Assembly (NCBI GenBank): GCA_037379345.1
Contig: CM074511.1
Coordinates: forward strand, 18,414,001 to 18,478,000
Source of the DNA: Perna viridis
Taxonomy: Eukaryota
DNA length: 64,000 bases
Direction of reading: 5' to 3'
The notes under the pieces are model-generated. The model searched no databases and was not told the origin of the DNA. It saw only the letters and a list, made by a program, of their open reading frames with translations. This document shows, piece after piece, positions 42,801 through 54,800 of the stretch. Position 1 is the first letter of the stretch; every line of letters starts with the position of its first letter. The translations under genes were made by a program, and so were the position numbers.

Positions 42801-45800
42801 TGACACTGTTATGTTAATTGTGGCTTAAAATACCAAGATGTGCTTGTGCTGAATTATCTGTGAGACTTTTTATCTCTAAATTAATATACATTGATTATAG
42901 CTTCCAATGCCAAGATGTGCTACGCTACTGGACGTGGTATCCAACCAAGAGGTATTAGGGTCAATGATAAAGCTCCATTCAGAGTGCACACTAAGGGAGC
43001 TGGAAATGGTGAAGTCAAAGTTCAAATCTTTGGTCCAGGTAAGTCAGCATTTATATAGAAGTCTGAAATCTTATAAAATTATTTTAAATAATGGTTAAAA
43101 TAGTTTTGAAGATAAAAGAACAACTGCAAAGTATGTATTTAAGCAAGCAGTTAAGTAACTTATTGATCGATTACTAGTAAATGATTTTTAGTACATTTAC
43201 ACATTCATGGTGAAAAGTTTGTTGAAAATGTAGAGAATTCATAAAATGTGTACTGTGCAACATATGTTTATGTATTTTGGTTTTCAAGGTGGTCAGGAAA
43301 TCAAATGTGTTCCACAAAAATCAAAAACAGAAGAAGGTGTCTGGGAATGCTTGTACATCCCACCTAAAGTCGGTCAGTACATTATCAATGTTACATTCGG
43401 AGATCAACATATCACAAAGAGTCCTTTTAAGGTTGATGTGGGTCCAACAAAAACCAGCAAGATTAGAGCTTATGGACCAGGTCTTTCTGAAGGTGTCTGT
43501 AACCAGCCTGCTAGGTTTACTGTTGAGACCAACGGAGAGGTCGGAGCTTTAGGTAAGAATAGTGTAGATAGACATTTAATTTGCAGTTGCAAGATCAATG
43601 TTTTTTTTTTTACATTGAAACTAGGTATGCTGGTCTCATTTTGCAGAATTTTTGTAAAATATAGATCATGTTCTAATGGAAAAAAGATATGGCAATAGGA
43701 AATTAACATTATGACAAGTGCACTTTACTAATTGCATAAAGAAAATATATCAATTCTTTACTGTATGTGTAAATAATTATGATAATTGAAACAAATTTTT
43801 CTTTTCTTTCAGGATTTTCCATTGAGGGACCATCAGAAGCTAAGATAGATTGTCAAGACAATGGAGATGGTTCAGCTGATGTTACATACTACCCCACAAG
43901 CCCTGGAGAGTATGCTGTGCACATCCTTTGTAATGACGAGGATATTCCAGAGTCTCCATACATGGCTCAAATTGCACCAGCTACCAATGCTTTTGATGCA
44001 TCCAAGGTTATTGCTGAAGGCCCAGGTCTACAGAAAACTGGTGTCACTACCAACAAATATGCTGAATTCACCGTAGACACCCGCAAGGCTGGAAAGGCTC
44101 CATTAAAGATCACATGTGAAGATGATCAACACAAACCTGTCAATGTAGAAATTGTAGACAAGAAGAACGGTACCTTTGCCTGTAAATACATGCCAAAGAA
44201 ACAGTGTAAACATACTGTCACCATTACATATGGTGGTGTCCAGATTCCTAAGAGTCCATTCAAGGTAAATTTAACTCAAACAGAAAAGGTCAAACATTCA
44301 TCTCTGTTAAGTGTGGTTTTCAGGGATAATTTTCTTCCTCTTTTTGGCAGGTTTTTTTTTTTTTGTGATTCAGATTTTGCCTTAACAATTCTTTATTTTA
44401 CAAGTTTTTGACTTCAATTTTGTCAATTTTCACTTACCTGTTGTTCCAGGTAAATCATCTCTGGGTTTTGTAAACGCCATATAAAAGGATAAATTTAATG
44501 GTTGTGTTAGGTGATTTTAAGTATAGTTCCATACCAATTCAAACTAACCTACAACGGTGAATGGCACATGATGATTTCAAAATTGTAATTGAATTTGCTT
44601 ATTTAACTGTTTATATAAAAGGATTCAAATAATGGCAAACTATGATCTAATAAAGCACTAGTGAAACTTTTATAAATTTGTTCTTTGTAATTATCAATGA
44701 ATTATCTCCCTTTGCATAGAAGGAACAGTGCTAATATGAGAAAACTTTGCATTTCTGGAAATAACCGCTGAAATAAATACAAAAACTAACAATAATAGGG
44801 AATCAATTTCTATCAATTGCCATATTTTTTTTTTATTTCTATATGGAGTGGTGTTTAATTTTTATGATAACAGCAAGGATTTCTTGAAACTGTTTTACTC
44901 TTCAAATTTACTTAGCATTCTCGTTTTCGGTGTGAATTGACCGAAAGCTATTCCAAACTACTAAATCCATCTGCTGAGGTAAAAAAAATATATTTTTTCA
45001 ATCATAAAATATCTTTGAGTATAGAAATCATTAAAAAAAATGCTTTGGATCGTCTCTTCAAAAGATCGTTTTTGAAGAAGAATTTTTAACAATTAAGATT
45101 TTTAATTAGGTTTTGGGGTTCTACGTATGTTAACCAAAGGCACTTATGATGCTTCAACTCGCTACGCCGCTTAGATCTCGAAGTGCCCAGCTGTCCGGAA
45201 AAGAGAATTAAGGATACTATTCACTTTTTTGGCTAACTTTGAAAATGAATTTGGTCAAATTTTGGAATAATGAACTAAAGCATACACACTACAAAAAGCC
45301 CAGGCATTCATTTGTGTTTTTATCATACCTAACTTGTTAAAAATAATCATTTAAACATAGTGATGAGCTATTTTTTATTCAGGTGAATGTTGGAGAAGTG
45401 AGTAACCCTGGTAATGTAAAGGTCTATGGACCTGGAGTAGAGAAAGGTGTCAAAACCTTCAAAACAACCTACTTTATTGTTGACTGTAAGAGTGCTGGTC
45501 CAGGTAAAAATCTTCTTAGTACATGTATTGATTTTTTATTTCTCTAGTGAAGGAGTCAAAAAATATTCTTTTTTTCATAATTAGTCCGTTGAGGTGAGTG
45601 TTCAAAATTTGCTAGGTTTTATTTCTTTGCTTTCTTGGTCAAGATGATGCTTTTCAAAACCTTTATTTATTGTGCTATTAGAATTGATAGCATGCTTACT
45701 CTAACCTCAGAAAACAACTTAGGGTAAGCATGCTATGAATTTTTCATAAAGCACTAATGCAAATATAGATTCAAATTCACTATGTCAATAGTTGTAAAAA

Positions 45801-48800
45801 ACAAATTCTATTCTTTGCAGTTCAGTTAAAGGGCTACTGCATGAAAATTGGGGAATATTAATCCTTGTAGCATATATTTCCCTTGCAAGTTGGTTGCAAT
45901 ATTAAATACTACTAAACACTGACTTTATACAATGCTTGCCTATTTGAGAACAAGTTTCATATTATTTCATAGAACTTAGAAATTCAAGGGATTCTAATTG
46001 TAATTACATTAACAAAGCAATGAAATAAGATGTTGAATTTATAAATATGTTAATATTGTTTCCAGGAGACATTGCCATTGCATTGGTTGATGCCCAAGGT
46101 AAAGATGTACCAGTCAATACCATTGACCAGAAAGACGGAACATTTAAGATTGAGTACACACCAAATAGCCCAGGGACGTACATTGTTTCAGTCTACTTTG
46201 CCAACCAAGAAATTCCCAAGAGTCCTATCAAGGTCAATGTTGAATCCAGTATTGACCTCAGCAAGGTCAAGGTTGTTGGACTTGATACACGTAAGTTTCA
46301 ATTTGTTTTTTTGTTAATTGTTTTTTATCAAAGCTTTTCCTAGTAGGAGTAGTACTGAAGTTGAGAACTTTTCATTTGCAGTGGTCCAAATTAAATTTCC
46401 ATGTTTTTTGTAGAAAGTAATCTCCCTAAAATGTTTTTTTTTATATGCAGTTGGGCCTTGATAATGGAGGTGCTTCAATAGTATGTCTGTGTTGGTACTG
46501 TATACAAAATTTGACACACCAAATTGTAAAAAAATATATGAAGGTTTAGCTTATAATTTCGCGTTTGTTTAATGCATTTGTGCAAACATCAGAAGAAACC
46601 CAGAAGATTGGTTCAGCTGCATATGAAAAGTATGTCCTTGCCCAAAGAGAAAAATGGCATGATTACCTTCCTTTGTATTTCTTTCTTAGCAATCAAAATT
46701 GGTGAGAAGAGAGACATCTCTGTTATCACCAAGGGTTGTGGTAAGGCTGATGGACCTGTCAAGGTGACAATGATTACACCCAGTAAAAAGAAGGTTAACA
46801 TTCCTGTCAAGGAAAGTTTGGAAACTTGGAAAGGCCAACTTGTTCCAACTGAAGTTGGACAACACACCATTGAGGTGACATATGGCAGTTTCAGTGTACC
46901 TAAATCACCTTTCACTGTCAATGTCACCTCTGCTGTTGACCTTAACAAAGTCAAGGTTGTAGGACTTGACAAACGTAAGTGGGTCTGTTGCCTTAACAGT
47001 GCATGGTGTTTTCAGTTTTTACCCACTGAACCTCGTGTTTTGACATCTGTGTTGCTTTTAAAATATGTATATTCACTTTTCAGGTCTATGTGAACATTGT
47101 CTGCTCAAGACATCATTGACATAACTTTTTTAAATCGTTAACTAATTGTTTAATTGCTGTTTGTCCCATATATCTTGTTATATGCTGTCTCCACTCATTT
47201 TACTTACTGATTTTACAAAATGAAATACAAACCATGTTATCAACAATTAATTAACTGTCTGTAATTACATGTTGACAGTTTTTGCTATGTCTACCCATGT
47301 ATCAAGTTTTGCCATGACAATGAATTCTGTATTGTTTTAAGGCTTGGATATTAAGCACATCTTAATTTTCAGATGTTGAAATGGATTTCATGCATCCTGC
47401 ATGAAGTGAGGAAATAATTAAAAAAAAAATCATAAAATGATTATTTAATTAGTAGATATATAACAGTTTAACATAAAACAGTTTTAAAACGTGTAGTTGA
47501 TTGATTTTTACCAGAATATATACTCAAGACTCTTCTGTAGAAACTACTTCAAACTCTTCATTCTATTAAATAAATAAAACCAAGTGTTCTTATTTATTTT
47601 TATCACTGCTTTGTAACTTTACTTAACTGTAAGAAGTTTCTGCTTATCTCCTTTGTTGAGCTCTTTGCCTATTTTCTTTCCTTCTTATTCTCAGCTATCA
47701 AAGTTAATGAGAAGAGAGAAATCTCTGTTATAACAAAGGGAGCAGGCAAATCTGATGGACCTGCCAAGGTTACCGCAACAACACCATCCAAGAAAAAGGT
47801 AGAAGTTCCATTGAAGGAAACACCTGACGGTTATGTTGGTAATCTCACTCCAACTGAGGTTGGAAAATATACCGTAGATGTAACATATGGAAGTGCTGTT
47901 GTTCCAAAATCTCCATTCACTGTTGATGTAACACCTGGTGTTGACCTTGGCAAGGTCACTGTTACAGGACTTGACACTCGTAAGTTGGCATGTTGCCTGC
48001 TTGCTTTGTGTGGCTGTCAACTGATATTTATGTACAGGAAATATTACTGGTGGAAATGTTTTATTGTCAAGAAGCTTTTAGATGATTTAGATTAGCTGCT
48101 TATAGGTTATAAAATGTTATAATTACATATGAAGAGCTGCTTAAAAGGACGAAATAACTTGTCTTTCAGCTGCTGTTAAAGATAGCTATGTAGATGGCAT
48201 ACTAATTACAGTGAAGGTTAGGGTTGAGTTCAATCTGGTTACTGTAGCTTGCTTCTTTCCTTGTAGCAATTAAAGTTGGGGAGAAAAGGAATATATCTGT
48301 TGTTACCAAGAGTGCTGGTAAATCTGATGGACCTGCTAAGGTTACCATGACTACACCTTCTAAAAAGAGATTTGAAATCCCTGTCCGAGTTAGTTCTGAA
48401 GGTTATGATGGTCAGATTGTTCCAACTGAAGTTGGACCTCATAAAATTGATGTAACATATGGCAGTTCTGTTGTTCCAAAGTCACCCTTTACTGTCAATG
48501 TTGTACCTGGTGTTGACCTAAGTAAGGTCAAGGTTACTGGACTTGACAAGCGTAAGTCGTCTTTGTTGATCTGTGTCTGGTTCTTGTTCAATACTCTATG
48601 GAGAGGGTTTTGTTTTTAGCATGTCTTTCAATAAAGATAATTATGTATTATGTCATTGGATGTCTGTTACTGTTGGTGATGAATGGTCTAACTTATCAAT
48701 GTCATTGGATGCCTGTTATTGTTGGTGATGAATCATCTAACTTATCAATGTTTTTGTATCTGTTGACTTTATCTGTATATTTTCAAATATATTGTTGTCA

Positions 48801-51800
48801 GCGTTGTTGATTAAAACAAGCTTTAACTGTTCTTTGTCTGTACCATTACCATGGATACATTTATTCCTGAGATTGTTATTGTTTGGCTGGTTCTGTTGTT
48901 GATTTTTTCCTTTTTTGTTTATGTTATGTCTTATTTTGTTTTCTCTCTAACATGAGTATTAATTGCTGCCGAAAATTGTTTAATTTGTTTGTTACTCTTT
49001 TAAAATAAATTTTCTAACATGGTTTTGTTTTTAGTCTGTGAATGAACTTGTTTTGTTGTATTTTACTAAATTGCATCCAAAGTTTCATTTTTGTATGCAT
49101 TTAGTTTTTGACATTTTTTTTCAACTTATTTTTTATTTATTTATTTTGAAATATATCAATAAAGTGCTATTTTCTATACATTCAAAAGTTCATAGATTTA
49201 CTTATTATATTTTTTATTGATAATTTACTGCATATTTATAGATTTTTAAAAAAAAGGAAATTAACTTAGATTATAAATTTTAGTTTGGAAGCAAAATAGA
49301 AGGTTCTATGTAGAAGAAGTCAGTGCATGTCCTGCCTTTCTATTCATAGTAGTGGAAAATCCCAATCTTTATTTAATAGCAATTAAAGTTAATGAAAAGA
49401 GAGATATTGCTGTTCTCACCAAGACTGCTGGAAAACCAGGAAAACCAGATGGGCCTGCTAAGGTTTCTATGACAACACCATCTAAAAAGAAGGTTGAAGT
49501 TCCTCTGAAGGAAACACCTGAAGGTTTTGTAGGTCAAATTGTTCCAACAGAAGTTGGGCCTCACACAGTTGATGTAACATGTGCTGGTAATCCAGTTCCT
49601 CAGTCTCCTTTCAATGTCAGTGTTGTACCAGGTGCTGACCTTAGCAAGGTCAAGGTTACAGGACTTGATAAACGTAAGTGGTGGTGTATTGAGAATGTTT
49701 TCAATGTAGTATTCTTTCTAGAGATACTTTTTTTAGAAGGAGATTTGATATGAAGGTTCTACTTTTGGTGCTATGGAGTAAAAGTCACTGCAATTTTCAG
49801 TTTTTCAGTTTGAATCATTGCAGTTTTGTCATGATTAATTGAATACAACAAGTGTCAATCATCATCATGTATGGGAGGAGATCAGTTTATTGTAAATTTC
49901 AGTCTCATTGTATTTGTAAAAAAAGTATAGTTTAATTTAGAAGAGTTTGCATGGATCTTGTTTTTGTTTTTATTGCAATTTTTTCATAGTCTTACTTTTG
50001 TCTTGTTGACGTATTTTGAACAGTGGTTTATTATTCAGTTACCAATAGTTACCAAAAGCTTCTCAGTTAGTCAAAATACTACTGCTTATAGACTGTGTTG
50101 GTTAATGAAAAATGTTTTCTACATGATATTCCAGTAGATAATAAGAGAGGACTACTGTACCTAAGAAAATCTTTAGTGGTACATTAGTATCTAATTACTT
50201 CCATGATAATGATATATGATCGGTAAGTATACAGTCTTTCTTCCATGCATCTACTAAGGCTTCATCACTATAGAAAAATGCTTACTTTTGCATGTTAATT
50301 GTGCTTTTATCTTTTTCATAGCAATTAAAATTGGTGAACAGAGAGATGTTGGCATTCTCACTAAGGCAGCTGGTCCCTCTGATGGACCTGCTAAGGTTAC
50401 CATGACAACACCCTCTAAGAAGAAGGTTGATGTCCCAGTCAAACAAACTCCAGAGGGTTTTGTTGGACAAGTTGTTCCATTTGAACTTGGACCTCATGAA
50501 GTTGATGTTTGCTATGGCAGCCAACCAGTGCCTCAGTCACCATTTAAGGTGGATGTTGTCCCAGAAGGAGCTGCAAAAGTCAAGGCTTATGGTCCTGGTT
50601 TAGAGAAAGGAACAGCCTTCACCCCTGCTACATTTACCATTGATACAAGGGAGTGTACAGCACCAGGTGAATTGGGTATCAATGTTGATGGTCCAATGGA
50701 ATGCCAGATTGATGTCAAGGAGAAACCCGATGGAACCATTGATGTATCTTACCTCCCTGAGAAACCAGGACAGTACAATATTGATGTTACTTATGGTGGT
50801 GAGAAGATACCAAAATCACCATTCAAACCAAAAATAGAACCAGGAAAACCAAGCAAGGATCTGAGTGGGGTCAAAGTTTACGGACCTGGAGTTGACAAAG
50901 CGGGTAATGATTGGCACTTGCATGGAAGGTTATGTACCTGTGTATGGAGGAATTACATCCCTTGTAAAATAATACATGCTTACCTGTGGTTGCGCAATAA
51001 CTTAATATAGCTGGGCTGTGGATGAATGGAGCAATATTGAAATATAATAACTGTCTTCTCTAACTTCTCTAGTCTACTGCTGGCTGAAAAAATTACCTGC
51101 TTTTTCTTAGAATCTGTCTGTTGTTCTACTGAAAATGCATGGAAACTGATGTTACTTTAAAATCAACCTTTAGAATGAAGACTACACTATATTACTCCTG
51201 ACCATTTTTCTGCATGGGAGTTTTCTTGATTTAGATGTTTTCTATTGTAATACCAACAGGAGGATCTAATTTTGCAGCTCGGACGTTAGAAAATAGATTT
51301 GCCCTGTGAGTTGTTTATTGAATGCTGAGTACAAAAGAGTGTCAAACTTACCACACTAAAGCTTTTTTATATGTTGTTAATTTTACACACTAATTATTTG
51401 TGTTAGTTGTAGTACAAACAAACAAAAAGTAAAAAAATATTTGATGTGTTTTGAAGAGAAAAGACAGAATTAACTGCAAGCATACATGTACAATGCTTGT
51501 ATGTTGCACATTTGAATGAAAATATTATTATCTCCCTTGCATACCTATTGACAAGTAACGTATTTTATTAATAGCAATGAAAGTATTGAAATCCTTAACA
51601 GAATTTGTAAATACTTTTGTCTATTGATTTAGTAATCCAGTAAATATTCATGTAGCCATCTTGTTTATGTGAATTTCCACAAGCCATATAAGGATTTGGA
51701 ATGTACTTTTATCTTATCCTGTATTATATGTATTGAGTGGGTTGAGGGTCTATCTTTTCTCCTTCTTTTTACAACTGGTTTAATGTTGTTTCTATAAAAG

Positions 51801-54800
51801 AATCAAAATTATCAAATTAATGGTGTCCTTCAAAATACCTATATGTTTCTTTGATAACATTTATTCTATCCACCTTCTGTATATAGAAAAATGTCAAGTG
51901 AAGATGTCTACTGTTAAAGTTCATAGTGATATTTGAACTTGCATGATGGGAAATGATGACATTAATTAAGAGTCAGTCCCTGTAAGAATCAAGCAGTGGT
52001 TAAAACATGATATAAAAAAAAACCACTATTTCGAATGTTCAATTTGACTATTTGCACTATCAGAACCAAGGTAAACAGACAGAACTTTCCATATCATTTT
52101 GGTACATTATGAAATGCATTGAAAATGAACATTTCAGGGGCGGATAACTCTGTCCAAAGCATCATTTTTCTAACATTTTATTGAAAAATTTCTTTAAGTA
52201 AATCCAGTGATGCAGAGATAATACCATGGTCTTTTCAAACAGAGGAAGCATCCTTGAGTGAAATTATATTGGCAGATCAGTAGGGTTTTGACATGCATGT
52301 TTCTGGTTTTTCCCATTTTTGCCTGATTTTTACAGATACTTACACTTAATTAGTAAATAGACTTGAGATAATATTGTGCAGAAATCAGTGTGTTAGGTAA
52401 ATGTGGACAATGTGATAATTACCCCCATAGTATTCCATTCACAATATGTTTCAGTTCTTGGTCTGGTCGCCTACATATATAATGGTTTGTGAAACCTTTG
52501 AAAATCATTTTTGTTTATAATTTCTCCAGGAAAATGTCACATCGATGGAGAGTAGACTCTGAAAGGTGGTTCACAAACTATACAACTAGATATGGTGACT
52601 TTGTACTTTTTTTTCTTTTTCTTTACTGAATGTGATTCATTTCATCTTTTTTATTTTGAAAATTTTTCTGATATTTTTAGAAAATTATAGATTTATTTTG
52701 ATTTTTCAAACTTTATATATAACTAATTATTAATTTATTGATTTTTAGGAGTATTCATGGATTCTCCCACTGAGTTCACTGTAGATGCCAAATCTGTATC
52801 ACCAAATGGAACTGGCAACGTGAGAGCCATTGTCACCAATCCATCTGGTGTCCGAAATGATACTATGGTCACCAACAAGAAGGATGGAACATATGATGTT
52901 CTCTACACACCTGTTGAGGAAGGTAAGTTTTAAATGACCCAACCTACCATGTTCCCTACACACCTGTAGAGGAAGGTAAATTTTGAACTTCCCTCAATTT
53001 ATTACAATTGTGATGAATTAAGATTAAAACTTTACCATTTGAATGGAGAAAAAATTTAGACCACTCAATACCGAAGGAGAAACTATATTTTTAAGTTTTC
53101 TACTCCATGAGCTTTTATTTCAAATTTTTTTGTTCTTTGTTTTACAAAGAAATCACTATAAATTTTTTGTGAACTCTGTTGTTGGTTGAAATGAATCACA
53201 GAAACTCCATATTTTGTTTTACTGTAGGGACATTAACCTATGAGTATTGCCTAAAAATATCAAATTTGTTGTAATAATATATAAGTTATTCATAACATAG
53301 TAAAATATATAAATACATAAATATAAGTAAATAATAATAATTTGTGGCATTAGTTCATAGTAATGACATCATAATGGTGCCATAATTTTACGTTGTTTAG
53401 CAAAAACTGCTGAAAATTGTAAATTTTGTTGTTTTTACAGACACATTTACATCCAAAAAACTATGTCCACATAGAAGAAACAACTTAATATTTTCACATG
53501 TAATTAACTATGTAATAATGAATGTATTCATTAAATATGAAGTAGTTTCTTGTGGACACCATTTCCTTGCCAAAAATATGAACAGAAAATGACCAAAAAG
53601 TACAAAATTTGACAGAATATCTGAATATTGATAAACTTCAAGCAATTTTTCTGTCCTTTCAATTTAAGAATTACCAGAATTATTTATGTTTTCTCATTTG
53701 TGATAGATTTAAGATTATTCAACACTTCATGATCAATTTGCAGTTTAGTTTTATGCCATTTAGACACTTTATCGCCCATCCTCCTTTCCTGTTAACTCTG
53801 TTGTTGGTTAGTTTGGAAATAAATCATGAAAATTTTGTATTTTGTTTTATCCTGGGCTGGCCATTAATATTGCATTATTTTCTCCTGGCCAGTAGCAAGG
53901 GTTTAAATATCGACATAAATTGCCAGCCTGTGGTAAAACAATTATGAAATGGAGTTTTTGTGATTTAAGATATTTCAATTCTAAAAGGACTAGTTCTTCA
54001 TACGTTTAATAGACACAGCCAATTTGTTGCATGAAATGGTGACATTTGTGAACTAAATTTTGTTGTGACGTAAAGTTGGGTAAAAATATTTATGATGTGG
54101 GAAAAAGACAATCATACATCTATAATGTTGGCCATTTGGTTATCACTGTTTTACCACAGTTGTGGTCTAAAGAGCTTTGAAAGACATCATATTAGAATAT
54201 TCTATTTCTTAATTCCAATAAACCAAAGATAAGAAATCGATATGATTGACACCTATAGAGAGGTGTAAAAAGGCACAAGAATTCAATAAGAATAATTGAT
54301 TTAAAATTACTTAGGTACAATGGCTATTGATGTTACCTATGATGAGATGCCAATCCCCCAGAGTCCATTGAAGGTTAACGCCACACCAGGCAGTGATGCC
54401 AGCCGTGTCAAAGCCTACGGACCTGGTCTGGATGGTGGTATTGTCAACAGGAAACAGGAGTTCACTGTAGACATCAAGGGTGCTGGACAAGGTGGTCTTG
54501 GATTGGCCATTGATGGACCTGCTGAGACACAGATTGGATGTAAGGACAACCATGATGGTACATGTACAGTGGATTACCTCCCTGTCAAACCTGGAGATTA
54601 TGCTGTTTCTGTTAAGTTTGCCGATCAGGAAATCCCAGGTATGTTATGATATGTAATTGTTTTATTGAGAAATATTCTCAATTACATTCAGTTTTATTTT
54701 TGGCAGTTATATTAAGGTATACCTCTGCCTTCTTGTACAATAGTGTGAAAAAAAATTCAGTGGATAGGTTTTTAAAAGGCAGAAAGCTCCATTTTGTTTT

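Noticed and set aside
46690-49673. Dscam-style mutually exclusive exon cluster, or an assembly duplication
   Set aside because: Introns are long enough (over 280 nt) and the phases allow joint inclusion; I saw no docking/selector sequence. The copies and introns are too diverged to be an assembly artefact.
8627-51693. Additional CArG matches (8627, 10508, 36173, 51684) as enhancers
   Set aside because: The number is close to chance expectation for this composition, and one lies inside a transposon.
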